Positions 25,778 to 36,900 of a DNA stretch of 64,000 bases are shown one piece after another. The number at the start of each line of letters is the position of its first letter. Within the stretch, counting starts at the first letter, position 1. The notes under the pieces are model-generated. The model saw only the letters and a list, made by a program, of their open reading frames with translations. It made no database searches and was not told where the DNA came from. Location of the stretch: assembly GCA_016188915.1 (NCBI GenBank), contig JACPGU010000003.1, positions 73,045-137,044 on the forward strand. Reading direction: 5' to 3'. The stretch comes from Candidatus Microgenomates bacterium. GTDB taxonomy: Bacteria; Patescibacteriota; JACPGU01. The translations under genes were made by a program, and so were the position numbers.

Positions 25778-27892
25778 TTATGGCTTAAATACTTGGAGAC
25801 CGATAGAGCTATCCAGGATAAAGAGTCTGGGATTGTCCGAGATTGGCTCAAAATCTACACTCATCGGATTGGTAAGATTGCCATCTGGGACAGAGGCGAT
25901 CTCCCAATCTAGAATTATTGATGCTCCGTCGTCAAAAAGCCCAACTACACGATCTCGTTCGTTGTCAGCGTAGACAACTTGTGTGCCGTTGGATAATTTT
26001 CGGACGGTTATGCTGGTGCAGTCAGCACTAATATTATAGCTTCTTTGCCAATTGCCTGCACGATTGAACTTTTTGATTGCGCGGTTGCCTCGATCTAGAA
26101 CCCAGACACTATCTTCAGTAACGCCTACTCCGATTGGTTCTTTGAGCTGAGCGTCATTGGTGCCAAAGGTGCCGATAATCTCGCCGGTGGTTTTACCGTC
26201 AGATTCGTAGAAAACAATTATGCGACCGTTTTTTGAATCAGCGGCAAAGATTTTGCCGCTTTCTCCAGTGCAATCTATGCCTGCCGGATCGTTTAACCCG
26301 ACTGATATGCCCATCGTCATTTTCCAGGTCATGGTTCTGTAGTCTACCTTGACTTTAATTATTCGATCCTTGTTTTGATCGGTAATATAAAGATGGTTGT
26401 TACAGAAGCCAAGATTATTGGGGTTAGTGATAGTCTCTGGCAAATCGACGATAGCAGAAGAATCCAGACTGACCCAATCATTAAGATTGGAACCGCCGGT
26501 AGTTCGTAAATGCATCCCATTGCCATCTAAAATCGCTAGTTGCTCATCGAACTCATAGACTAGATTAGTGCCGGAGACGGAGACTTTGTTGACGAAGGTC
26601 GGACGAATGTTACTACCGCCCATATTCTCTCCTCCCCCTCCGCTTGTCACCACCGTAATCGTGGTCGTGCAGGTATTGCTTCCGCCGGTGCCGGTGACAG
26701 TGCCGGTCGCCGTGTAGGTGCCGGTCGCCGTGTAGGTCTTACTCGTGCTTCCGCTCGAACTTGAGCTGGAGTACGAATTCGACCCGTCGCCGAAATTGAT
26801 GGAAATCCCCGTGAACCCCGAGCCGCTCACCGACCAGCTGATGCTGGTGGATGAATTGACATTGGGGTTGCTGGGACTGGCGGACAAACTGCAGGTTGGC
26901 GCGGACGGATTGGTGGTCGTTCCATAATAGATGGAGGTGGAGACCTTGGTCTGCGAGTTGTTCGGATCTTCCGAACTCCAGCCCGCGTCATCCACGCACC
27001 AAAGCTTGACAGTGTTATCGCCAGAGGCAAGGGTTATTTCTCGCTCCCAGGGGATCCATGTGTCCTGCCCGATCTTGTCAGGGTCGTCGTAATCCACCAT
27101 TTTCGCCGTATCTGAACCCACCTGCACCCACAGGTTGCAATCAGGGCGTTTGCTCCCCCCAATTATCGGGGTGGAATCGGTGGTTGGCGACTCCACCGTA
27201 TCAATGATAGGCGGAGCCGGCCTGGTGGTGTCCAACATCGTGTCAAAAACCGTCCCACCACTGGGTCTGTTGGACGAATCGCGACAGACAAAAATGTGAT
27301 GGTTCGGTCCTTCCACTAGGGTCAAAGAATAGGTGGACTGGGTGGACCCGTCGCGATTGACGATAATCTCCTGGCCGTCCATCTCCAGCGTCGGGCAATT
27401 GCTCCCCGTTTTGAAGGTGACGGTCATGGGCGAAGTAGTGACTGTGGCCGGAATGGTGCCGACAAATCCAGGCGCCGAAGGACCTCCTTCAGGGCGATCG
27501 TTGACGATGACGGTGGCCGTATAAGGGCCGGCGGCGTTTGTGCCGTCCGTCAAAGTCACCGAGATGCCGAAGGTGCCGGTCTGCGAGTAGAGGTGGTAAT
27601 TGCTGCAAGTCACCCCTTCGTTTTTCGCGCCACCGCCCCAGCTGAAATTGCAGAACAAAGAAGCACCTTGTCTGCCCCCTGACGGTGTGCCGGAGCAACG
27701 GACGGAGTCGTTCTGGTAAATCGTGGTCGGTTCACAGCCCCAATTGAGGAGTTTCAAGGGCTTCTCTTCCGTGGGGGGCGGAGCCGAAGTGCCTCCTCCT
27801 CCGCCACAGCCGGTCAGAAACAGGGAAAAAACAATCGTCAAAATGCCCGCGACCCGGGCAGGGTTCCAACCACAAAGGTTGAATTTTCGCAT
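25778..27892 (-). CDS. Lipoprotein with PKD/Ig-like domains and C-terminal NHL beta-propeller
   Basis: Lipobox LTGC followed by GGGGG; FGDG and TY...GTY PKD motifs; L..P.GI and F.AD..N.RI NHL repeats. Confidence 0.82.
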   Translation of the reverse strand: MRKFNLCGWNPARVAGILTIVFSLFLTGCGGGGGTSAPPPTEEKPLKLLNWGCEPTTIYQNDSVRCSGTPSGGRQGASLFCNFSWGGGAKNEGVTCSNYHLYSQTGTFGISVTLTDGTNAAGPYTATVIVNDRPEGGPSAPGFVGTIPATVTTSPMTVTFKTGSNCPTLEMDGQEIIVNRDGSTQSTYSLTLVEGPNHHIFVCRDSSNRPSGGTVFDTMLDTTRPAPPIIDTVESPTTDSTPIIGGSKRPDCNLWVQVGSDTAKMVDYDDPDKIGQDTWIPWEREITLASGDNTVKLWCVDDAGWSSEDPNNSQTKVSTSIYYGTTTNPSAPTCSLSASPSNPNVNSSTSISWSVSGSGFTGISINFGDGSNSYSSSSSSGSTSKTYTATGTYTATGTVTGTGGSNTCTTTITVVTSGGGGENMGGSNIRPTFVNKVSVSGTNLVYEFDEQLAILDGNGMHLRTTGGSNLNDWVSLDSSAIVDLPETITNPNNLGFCNNHLYITDQNKDRIIKVKVDYRTMTWKMTMGISVGLNDPAGIDCTGESGKIFAADSKNGRIIVFYESDGKTTGEIIGTFGTNDAQLKEPIGVGVTEDSVWVLDRGNRAIKKFNRAGNWQRSYNISADCTSITVRKLSNGTQVVYADNERDRVVGLFDDGASIILDWEIASVPDGNLTNPMSVDFEPISDNPRLFILDSSIGLQVFKP

Positions 27893-28144
27893 TACAAGCC
27901 TCCCGCCGGCAAGCCGGCATTTTTTTGGTTTTTCTCGCTTATAAAAGGGCGAGCGAGAGGGGCAGAAGCCTTCTCTCCTTTTCGTGGCTTAATTTAGCAT
28001 TTTTTTATAATTTAGTCAATGATTTTTGTCTGCTACTGACACATCCGACCAAACAATGGAACATCGCCAAGAAAAATATTGTCTTTCGCTACTTTTTCTT
28101 TGGCGCCAGGAGTGCTATAATCAGGTTAAGACTAAAAAATACAA

Positions 28145-30406
28145 ATGAATATTAATCGTCTAGAAAAAATACTTGTTTTTGTTATCAAAACCCTTTCTTT
28201 TGGAGTTCTAATTACTCCTCTTTTGCCAGCAATTTTGTTTCAGGTTTTTCTTTTTCCCCATGCTTTTGGCAAGATGATTTTTGCTCAAGGATTGATAGGG
28301 GTTATTCTCACACTATATCTTATTCTATGTTTCTTTTGCGCTGAATATAGGCCAAAATTATTTTTCTCTTCCAAGAACAGAATTAGAAAGAAGTATAATT
28401 GGGTGCTTATTATTGCCACTTTATTTGTTTTAGCCCTAGGGATAACGACATTTTTTAGTATTGACCCCTCGGTCAGTTTTTGGGGAACACTAGGGTGGAA
28501 TAATGGATTATTAACCATATTATACTGTTTTTCATTTTTTATAGTCCTTTTATCGCTTTTGCCTGAAAGAAAATTTCTTAAAAATTTCTTAAAAATTAAT
28601 TTTTATGTCGGCGTACCCATTATTCTCTACGGATTAGCGGAATACATGGGGTTTTTTGGATTACAGGTAGGTGAAGGAAGAGCTATCTCAACATTAGGTA
28701 ATGCTATATATTTTTCTTCTTATACCATATTCCCCATATTTGCTTCTTTCGCTTTAGGATCTTTGGAAAAAAGAACAAAAAAACGCTATTTGTATTTAGT
28801 GATAGGGATATTGGAAATAGTGATGGTAATTATTTCTAGCCAAACAAGGGCTTTTATAATAGGGCTGGTTATTAGTTTTATAACGGTTATATCTATTTAC
28901 GGCTTTTTTCGTCTGAATAAGACTTGGAAAAAAACATTTATTGTTACTAGTTTTTTACTTCTGGCGATTGTAGTTATTGGCGTTTGGCAAGGTCTAAATT
29001 CTGGATCTGTTTACAGATATGCTAATCGCTATCAAACAATAAAAACTCGCATAGTTGCTTGGCAGATAGCTTGGCAGGGGGTTAAGGAAAAACCTTTAAT
29101 TGGCTGGGGTATAGAAAATTTCAACGCACCTTTTGAAAAATATTTTGATTATAATTTTTATACTCCTAATGCCGATGGTACGCTGTCAGAGCCCGGGGTA
29201 GACTTTCCTCATAATAAAATTTTAGAAGTAGCGGTGTCAAACGGAATCTTTTCTGTAACTCTATATCTGGCTTTATTTATTGTTTTATTCTCAGCCCTTG
29301 TTTTTTATTATAAAAAAACACGACGCATTTTCTTTTTAGCCATTTTAGGGCTTTTTGTGGCATATTTCGTTCAAAACCTTTTTGCTTTTGATTCTTTTGT
29401 ATCTTATCTTCTTTTTTTCTCTTTTTTGTCTATAGTTGGTTCTTTAGACATTGTTGATTATGAGGGAAGAACACTATTTAAAAAAATAAATATAATGTTT
29501 TTGACGATTTTTTCTATAACCATCATGGGTCTTAGTGTTTTCTTGTTTTACTTTGTGACGATCAAACCAATTATAGCTAATTATTGGGCATCAAAAAGTT
29601 ATAGTGCTTACACCCAAAATAATTATAATCTTAGCCTTAGTTATTTAAAAAATATGGATAATTTAGGGATAGACTTTGTTAGCGATCGACTAAATATGCA
29701 GTTAGCTTCATCTGTCAGTAGCCGCCTTGCTGGCGCTAGTCAAATTTCTCCAGAAGAAGAAATTTATGTTATTGATATAACAAGTAGATTAGAAAAAATG
29801 ATTAGCAAGCGCCCGTATAGGATAGACAATTATACTTTGCTCGGACGCCTATACATTATTTTGGGCTATAAAGATAAAGAATATGCAATAAAAGGATTGG
29901 CAATTAGTGATAAGGCTTTTGAGGCGGGGTCTAGGAGGCTACAGACATATAACAATAAGGCTGTTTCTTTTTTTCAATTAGGTCAAAAAGAAGAAGGATT
30001 GAGTATTTTGGATCAGGCTATAGTTCTCAAGCCAGATTATGGCTTGCCGTACACATTAAAAGCACAAGCTCATCTATCATTCGGAGAAAAGGATCTGGTC
30101 TTAATCAATTTAGAAAAAGCATTTGCTTTGGGGTATATTAAACGATCTAATCTTGAGGTTTATGCTCAGATACTTTTTGATTATGGAAAAAACAATGAGG
30201 CGATAGAGGCATTGACAAAAATAGTTGATTTATCTGGGAGCGATGCTAAATCTTTATATTATCTTGCTGATGGATATAAGAGAATTGGAGATAAAGAGAA
30301 AGCAAAAATTATTATAGAGAATATGACGGAAAAATTTCCAGAATATAAAGTGCAGGGGGATATCTTTTTGCAAGCTTTAGAGAAAGAGAGTAGAACAAAA
30401 AAATGA
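28145..30406 (+). CDS. O-antigen ligase (Wzy_C)-family protein with C-terminal TPRs
   Basis: Multi-TM; STLGN, SQTR, TR..AW, P.IGWG.ENF and PHN..LE motifs. Confidence 0.88.
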   Translation: MNINRLEKILVFVIKTLSFGVLITPLLPAILFQVFLFPHAFGKMIFAQGLIGVILTLYLILCFFCAEYRPKLFFSSKNRIRKKYNWVLIIATLFVLALGITTFFSIDPSVSFWGTLGWNNGLLTILYCFSFFIVLLSLLPERKFLKNFLKINFYVGVPIILYGLAEYMGFFGLQVGEGRAISTLGNAIYFSSYTIFPIFASFALGSLEKRTKKRYLYLVIGILEIVMVIISSQTRAFIIGLVISFITVISIYGFFRLNKTWKKTFIVTSFLLLAIVVIGVWQGLNSGSVYRYANRYQTIKTRIVAWQIAWQGVKEKPLIGWGIENFNAPFEKYFDYNFYTPNADGTLSEPGVDFPHNKILEVAVSNGIFSVTLYLALFIVLFSALVFYYKKTRRIFFLAILGLFVAYFVQNLFAFDSFVSYLLFFSFLSIVGSLDIVDYEGRTLFKKINIMFLTIFSITIMGLSVFLFYFVTIKPIIANYWASKSYSAYTQNNYNLSLSYLKNMDNLGIDFVSDRLNMQLASSVSSRLAGASQISPEEEIYVIDITSRLEKMISKRPYRIDNYTLLGRLYIILGYKDKEYAIKGLAISDKAFEAGSRRLQTYNNKAVSFFQLGQKEEGLSILDQAIVLKPDYGLPYTLKAQAHLSFGEKDLVLINLEKAFALGYIKRSNLEVYAQILFDYGKNNEAIEALTKIVDLSGSDAKSLYYLADGYKRIGDKEKAKIIIENMTEKFPEYKVQGDIFLQALEKESRTKK

Positions 30407-31734
30407 TCTATCGCGACAAATTACTTTGGAAAAAAATGATAGTTTTGGGAGGAGATTTTTTGTGGCTTTTTGTAGCACTTTTTGCCGCTCTTTTCGTCCG
30501 TCGTGGGCATTGGCCGGAAGAAGCGATTTGGGCTGGGCACTTTTGGAGCTTTCTGCCAATATTTTTGCTTTGGGTAGCAATTTTTTTTATTATTGACCTT
30601 TACCATTACAAGATTCTCCAAAACCTCTACAGGACGCTTTTTAGCCTTTTTGGGGGCGTATTGATTGCTACTTTTCTGACAGCGATATTTTTTTACATTT
30701 TTTTGCCAATTACCGTTATCAGTCCAAAGGTTACTCTGATTTTAGTATCTGTGGTTAGTTTTACCATCTTGGGATCTTGGCGAGGATTTTGCTATCTTGT
30801 TTTTTTTAGAAAAATATGGCGACAAAATGTTCTTATCTTGACAAACGACGATGGTGCCGATAGATTTCCTTTCGGAATGGTTAAATCAGGGGGAATAGAA
30901 TATGATATTTCTGTTCTCCCACTCAATAGTTTTGATATTGGACAAATTGTCAAAGAGCAAAAGATAGACGAAATTGTGGTCGCCTTTGATTATAAAAAAG
31001 ATTACAATTTAGCGCGCGATTTGGTCAAAATAGCGAGTAGTGGAGTCAAAATATTGGAATGGCCACTTTTTTACGAAAAAATTTATGCCAAAATACCGGT
31101 GGCTGAGATTGATCATTTTTGGTTTTTGCATCACACTGACGAAGCGGAGAAGAAAGGCTATGAACGCTTCAAAAGATTTTTGGATATATTCCTCTCTTTT
31201 TTTCTATTGATTTGCTTTTCTATCCTTTTACCATTTCTCGCCCTGAGCATAAAATCTTCCAAAGGACCGATTTTTTATCGACAAAAAAGAGTAGGCAAGA
31301 ACGGAAAGATCTTTACTCTGGTCAAATTAAGAACAATGAAGGAGGGGGCAGAGGAAAATGGGGCGCAATGGGCTGAAGAGAATGATCCTAGAACGACTTG
31401 GTTTGGCAGGTTTCTTCGCCGAACCAGATTAGATGAAATACCCCAACTTTGGAATATTCTGAAGGGAGAGATGAGCTTGGTTGGCCCGCGACCAGAAAGG
31501 CCTGAATTCACGGCTGCTTTAGCTGAAAAAATACCATTCTATAATCATCGCCATATTGTTCGTCCGGGGCTAACTGGACACGCGCAAATTGTCCATCCTT
31601 ACGCTGCATCCATAGAAGACAGTCTTGAAAAAGTGGCTTATGACCTGTATTATATTAAAAATAGGTCACTATTTCTTTATTGCAAAATAATTCTTAGAAC
31701 AATAAAAAGTATTCTAATCTTTCAGGGACGATAA
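30403..31734 (+). CDS. Polyprenyl-phosphate glycosyl-1-phosphate (initiating) transferase
   Basis: KR.LDI, KLRTM, LDEIPQLWNILKGEMSLVGPRPE, PGLTG and DLYY motifs. Confidence 0.93.
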   Translation: MIYRDKLLWKKMIVLGGDFLWLFVALFAALFVRRGHWPEEAIWAGHFWSFLPIFLLWVAIFFIIDLYHYKILQNLYRTLFSLFGGVLIATFLTAIFFYIFLPITVISPKVTLILVSVVSFTILGSWRGFCYLVFFRKIWRQNVLILTNDDGADRFPFGMVKSGGIEYDISVLPLNSFDIGQIVKEQKIDEIVVAFDYKKDYNLARDLVKIASSGVKILEWPLFYEKIYAKIPVAEIDHFWFLHHTDEAEKKGYERFKRFLDIFLSFFLLICFSILLPFLALSIKSSKGPIFYRQKRVGKNGKIFTLVKLRTMKEGAEENGAQWAEENDPRTTWFGRFLRRTRLDEIPQLWNILKGEMSLVGPRPERPEFTAALAEKIPFYNHRHIVRPGLTGHAQIVHPYAASIEDSLEKVAYDLYYIKNRSLFLYCKIILRTIKSILIFQGR

Positions 31735-31743
31735 GACGATACT

Positions 31744-32499
31744 ATGGAAAATTTCAAAGATTTATTATTTGAGTTCGTCAAAGCTGACTTCAAGCTTCGC
31801 TACAAAAATTCAGCACTTGGTTTTATTTGGGTACTTTTGAAGCCATTTTTGATGTTTTTGATTTTATATTTGGTGTTCAACTTTATTTTTAAATCTCAAG
31901 ATCCCAATTATGCCCTAAACCTTCTCCTGGGAATTATTATCTTCTATTTTTTTTCTGAGAGTACTATGCGAGGGCTGACTTCGCTTTGGGATAGATCCAG
32001 CATCATTCTCAAAGTTAATTTTAATCGACAATTAGTCATTTTTGCCCCCATTATTAATGCCTTTATAAACTTTTTCTTTAGTATGACGATCTTTTTCATT
32101 TTCTGGTTTTTTGCGCCCACCCCTATCACTTGGTGGTGGCTTATCTTTCCTGTCTATATATTAATTTTGGCATTATTTATTTTAGGTTTTTCTTTCTATG
32201 CCAGTGTTTGGTATGCTAGGGCACGAGATCTAGCCAATATCTGGGAAGTCGTCCTATCTTTGCTTTTTTATGTCACCCCCATCGTTTATCCCATTAATAT
32301 AATCCCAGCTCAATATCATTCGATGATGAACATTAATCCTCTTACCTCAATAATTCGTGATAGTCGTCTTATCTTGATCTATGGTCATATGCCGGGACTT
32401 TATTCAATAATCTATGTTGGAGGTGTCGGTTTATTTTTGGCTATCACTGGTTGGTTCTATTTTAAAAAGAGCATGAAGAAGATAGCGGAGGAGTTGTGA
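31744..32499 (+). CDS. wzm: Polysaccharide ABC transporter permease
   Basis: DFKLRYKNSALG..W.LL.P, YVTPIVYP and NPL motifs. Confidence 0.92.
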   Translation: MENFKDLLFEFVKADFKLRYKNSALGFIWVLLKPFLMFLILYLVFNFIFKSQDPNYALNLLLGIIIFYFFSESTMRGLTSLWDRSSIILKVNFNRQLVIFAPIINAFINFFFSMTIFFIFWFFAPTPITWWWLIFPVYILILALFILGFSFYASVWYARARDLANIWEVVLSLLFYVTPIVYPINIIPAQYHSMMNINPLTSIIRDSRLILIYGHMPGLYSIIYVGGVGLFLAITGWFYFKKSMKKIAEEL

Positions 32500-33221
32500 T
32501 GGGAGATAATATTGCAATAAAAATAGAAGGTGTCTCCAAAACATTTTGGATACCAAAAGAGAAAAGAATAACCCTCAAAGATCGTTTTTTGAGCTTTTAT
32601 CGTCGCAATAATTATGAAAAATTTGTAGCACTTTCTGACATCAGTTTTGAAGTAAAGAAAGGCGAGTCAGTAGGGATAGTGGGTCCGAACGGGTCTGGTA
32701 AGTCCACTTTACTCAAGATATTGGCTGGCATTTACGCGCCAGATTCTGGCAAGGTGGCTGTACATGGCAAAATAGTTTCTTTTTTGGAGCTGGGGGTGGG
32801 ATTCAACTACGAACTTACAGGGAGAGAAAATATCTATCTAAACGGGGTTATCTTGGGGCTGAAGAAGAAAGAGATTGACACAAAGTTTGATAGCGTAGTT
32901 ACTTTTTCCGGGATAGACAGGAGATTTCTCTCTACTCCGATAATGCATTATTCTTCTGGTATGATAGTTCGCTTGGCTTTCGCAGTAGCAGCGCATATTG
33001 AGGCCGATATTTATGTGATGGATGAGGTGCTGGCAGTTGGGGATGTAGAATTTCAAGAAAAAAGTATTACTTTTTTTAGAGAAAAACTTTCTTTGGGAAG
33101 AACACTTGTTTTCGTTTCCCATGATCGAAATGCAGTAGATAAATACACCAACAGAGTGCTGTCGCTACGGAATGGGCGATTAGTATCCGTAGATAATCAG
33201 AATATGACGGGTGGTATCTAA
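32496..33221 (+). CDS. wzt: Polysaccharide ABC transporter ATPase without C-terminal carbohydrate-binding domain
   Basis: GPNGSGKST, YSSGM..RLAF, DEVLAVGD, VSH; only 241 aa. Confidence 0.92.
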   Translation: MMGDNIAIKIEGVSKTFWIPKEKRITLKDRFLSFYRRNNYEKFVALSDISFEVKKGESVGIVGPNGSGKSTLLKILAGIYAPDSGKVAVHGKIVSFLELGVGFNYELTGRENIYLNGVILGLKKKEIDTKFDSVVTFSGIDRRFLSTPIMHYSSGMIVRLAFAVAAHIEADIYVMDEVLAVGDVEFQEKSITFFREKLSLGRTLVFVSHDRNAVDKYTNRVLSLRNGRLVSVDNQNMTGGI

Positions 33222-33266
33222 CATAAAGCATGGGATGATTTTGGGTATATTCTTAACTAATACCAT

Positions 33267-33959
33267 ATGTCTATAGAGCAACAGCTCAATTTAAAATTTC
33301 CGATTTACTGGAATGACTCGGCGGTAGAAGAGAAATATCTCATCTATCTAATTTACAAAATTATTGTCAATAGACCAATAAATATTGTTGAATTGGGCAG
33401 TGGCATCTCTTCTTTGGTGATTATAAAGACATTAGAAAAATTAGGATATTCATATAATTTTTTTTCAGTAGATTCTGACGCATTATTTTTGGAAGAGACA
33501 AAAAAAATGCTTATTTCTGAAGGTGTTTATGACGAGAAGAAAGTAAAATTAATATTTTCACCCATAACAGATATTACGATCGACGGAAATATTTATAAGT
33601 GGTACCGTTGGTCTGATTTTAATTTTAATTTTGAAAGAATTGACCTATTATTTGTGGATGGACCACAGGGGTCGTTATGTAAAAACGCACGCTATCCTGC
33701 GATGCATATTTTGGGCAAATATCTAAAAAAAGGTAGTATGGTTTTACTTCACGATGCTAAAAGAGAAGATGAAACTGAGATCGTCGAATCATGGGAAAGA
33801 GAAAATCTAATAGTTTCTAGGGTATATAAGATAGAGACCGAAAGAGGTGGTGCAGAGTTGCATTTTGATAAGCCCAGGCAAAATCATGAGAAGGCCACTG
33901 TATTTTTAGACGAGGATAACCAATACAAGAGTGAAAAACACAATAAAGCAAAAAATTAG
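33267..33959 (+). CDS. Class I SAM-dependent methyltransferase
   Basis: IVELGSGISS, DLLFVDGP, ARYPA and LHDAKR motifs. Confidence 0.85.
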   Translation: MSIEQQLNLKFPIYWNDSAVEEKYLIYLIYKIIVNRPINIVELGSGISSLVIIKTLEKLGYSYNFFSVDSDALFLEETKKMLISEGVYDEKKVKLIFSPITDITIDGNIYKWYRWSDFNFNFERIDLLFVDGPQGSLCKNARYPAMHILGKYLKKGSMVLLHDAKREDETEIVESWERENLIVSRVYKIETERGGAELHFDKPRQNHEKATVFLDEDNQYKSEKHNKAKN

Positions 33960-36900
33960 GGTTGTCTTTATATCTCACTCTGCAGGAATGGCAGGGGCTG
34001 AAAGATCTCTTCTCGAACTTCTCGATGGGCTAAAGTCAAGAGGGATTGTTTGCTATGTCGTTCTTCCCGCAGAAGGTATCCTTGAAGATGAATTGAAGAA
34101 AAGATTAATTCCCTATAGTATATCGCCGTATAGATTCTGGGTGATGGATGAAAACGAGAAGAAAGAAGAAGTTGAAGATGAAATAAGCTCGCAAGCAATT
34201 GAACTGGCGAGATTATTGGACTCGGTAAAGCCCGATATAATATATACTAACACATCGGTCATAAACGTAGGCGCATTAGTGGCGAGAATGCTTGGCAAGC
34301 CACATATTTGGCACATAAGGGAGTTCGGAGAGCCGAGCTATAAGCTTATACTCCCCATAAAGGAGCGTTCCAAATTTGTGCACGAGAATTCTGAGTGCGT
34401 CATATACAATTCAAAGGCCGTAAAAGAATATTATGATGGCGATAAGGATAAGGGTATTGTTATCTATAACAATATTAGCGTTGACTCCTTTTCTTCCGAT
34501 GATGATATAAAGAAAATGGGAAGGGTATTCAAAAACAAAGAATCATATAAATTGGCCACCATAGGGTCCGTTAGTGTTGGAAAAAATCAAGAAGATATAA
34601 TATTCGCAGTAAGAGATCTCGTTCGCGAGGGTATTGATATCGAGCTAGTTATTGCGGGGGATGAAGAAAGTGTATATGCCGAAAAACTAAGAAAAATTGT
34701 TTCTGATAATAAATTAGAGAATAATATTAGGTTTTTGGGATATATACATAAGCCATACCGTATTTTATCTGAAACCGATGTTTTGGTTGTTTGTTCAAAA
34801 AACGAAGCTTTTGGGAGAACTGTGGTTGAGGGGATGTTAGTGGGAAAACCGGTTATAGCCACCAGAGTTGGGGGTATACCAGAAATCATCACCGATGGTA
34901 TTAATGGATTATTATATGTTGCGGGAGACCACGGGGAGCTTTCAGAAAAGTTAAAATTTCTTTTCAATAATATTAGCAAGGCAGATTTATATGCAATAAA
35001 TGGGTATGAATTTGCCATAAAAAATTTTAATGACGACAAATATTCCGGGAAAGTGATCGAAGTATTGAGCGATCTTAACGATTTTACCATATCGGGATTT
35101 AACTCTTTGTGGGCAAATGTATGGAAACTCCAAAAGAGAGATATTGATAAAAGAAATGATGAGATTTTTAGCTTGACTAAGTCTATCCAAGAAAAAGACA
35201 AAGTGATCCTTTTACAGGAAAAATATTTGCATGATAAAGAGGATATTATCCAAGAAAAAGACAAAGTGATCATTTTACAGGAAAAATATTTGCATGATAA
35301 AGAGGATATTATCCAAGAAAAAGACATTTTAATTAAAAATAAAGACGTAGAGTTAGCCCAACATATTAAGCTGGTTCATGGGTTATTTATTTCGACGAGC
35401 TGGAGAGTGACTAGGCCATTTCGATTTATCTCAACAGTATTAAAAAGAATGTCATTGTTATTTATAAAAACATTATTCCGCCTCGCAAAGAGAGTGACCC
35501 CGGCGCTTATTAAGAAGATAATAAAAAGATGGTTTTTACTTTTTATAAAAAAAATAAAGGAAAAACACGAAGATTCATCTTGCGATGGGTCAACAGAGAC
35601 AGGAGACACCGATAATCTGCCAGTCATCTACAATGATAATTCCTTGAAGTCCGTTTATTATATCTCCAGTGTTGAGTCTGGCGGCACAAAGAAATATATT
35701 GACGATCTGCTTGATACTTTTGCCACCAAGGATATGAATTTCGTGCGAATAAAGAGTAGGGATGATTTGTTTTTTTATGAAAAATATTTCAAAGAAAGTG
35801 ATATATTATTATTTCAATATCTTCTCTACACCGATATTGAGTTTGAAGATATTATAAATATCAAAAAAGAAAAATCTTTAAAATTGGTGGTGCCAGTACA
35901 TGACTTTTATTTTTTCGGAGAAAAAAAGAATGAATTTTATGAATTTAGTCCCAAGGTGCATACCATTTATAGTAAAGAAGTTCTTTCTTTTTCACCTTTG
36001 GTTTTTGAACTATTGAATTTAGCAGATATTATTATCTATCCATCAAATTTTGTAAAAAATATTTTTGACTCGGTCTATTGTTTTAAAACTGCTCGGCTCT
36101 CTGGCCATATCGATAATAGAAATGTTAATCATGCAGCTATCTCCAACGAAGACGCGGTATCGGAAAAAATAATAAACATAGGCATAATCAATGATGCCTA
36201 TCCCCATAAAGGCGGTAGCTATTATCCCAATCTTTTTCGCCTTTATGAATATAAGGGGTACAAGATTTTTTATCATATATTCGGACATAGCAAGCTAGAT
36301 GCTCCTAACGTTATTTTTCATGGTCCCTACAGGGAGGATGAAATCTATTCTCTGTTACAGGAGAACGAGATACATGGGCTGGTCTTTCTCAATGAATATG
36401 CTGAAACCTACAGTTATTCCCTGACTAAGGGCATCAACACTAGGCTTCCCGTCCTTTATTCAAAGATAGGCGCCTATACGGAGAGGATGAGAGATAAAAC
36501 GAATTCTTTCCCACTCGGAGATATTGCCAGTATTCAAACAGAGGCATGTAAGATGTTTGACTTGATTATAAATAATCAGTGCCACGCTTTTGGTAATTCT
36601 GACATGGTTTTAGAAAAAGATATTCCAAATCTGTATCAAGAACTATTTTTAGTTGACTACGACAAGATGCTTGATGATAAATATCACAAGAACAAAAAAT
36701 ATTACGATTATCTGTTTAAAATCGTGGAGCCATACGCCATATATTTCCCCCAATTCCACGCTTTGAAGGAAAATAACAGAACATTTTATGAGGGCTATCA
36801 TGATATGGTGAACCTACAACAAGCGAAAAAAGAGGATTCTTCTTTGGAAACACCAATCAAAAACTATCTTGGATACTATAATTTAAAGAACGATCCCAGC

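Noticed and set aside
34587-35327. 246-aa antisense ORF
   Set aside because: Shadow of the glycosyltransferase with no independent motifs; the same applies to most short overlapping ORFs in the track.
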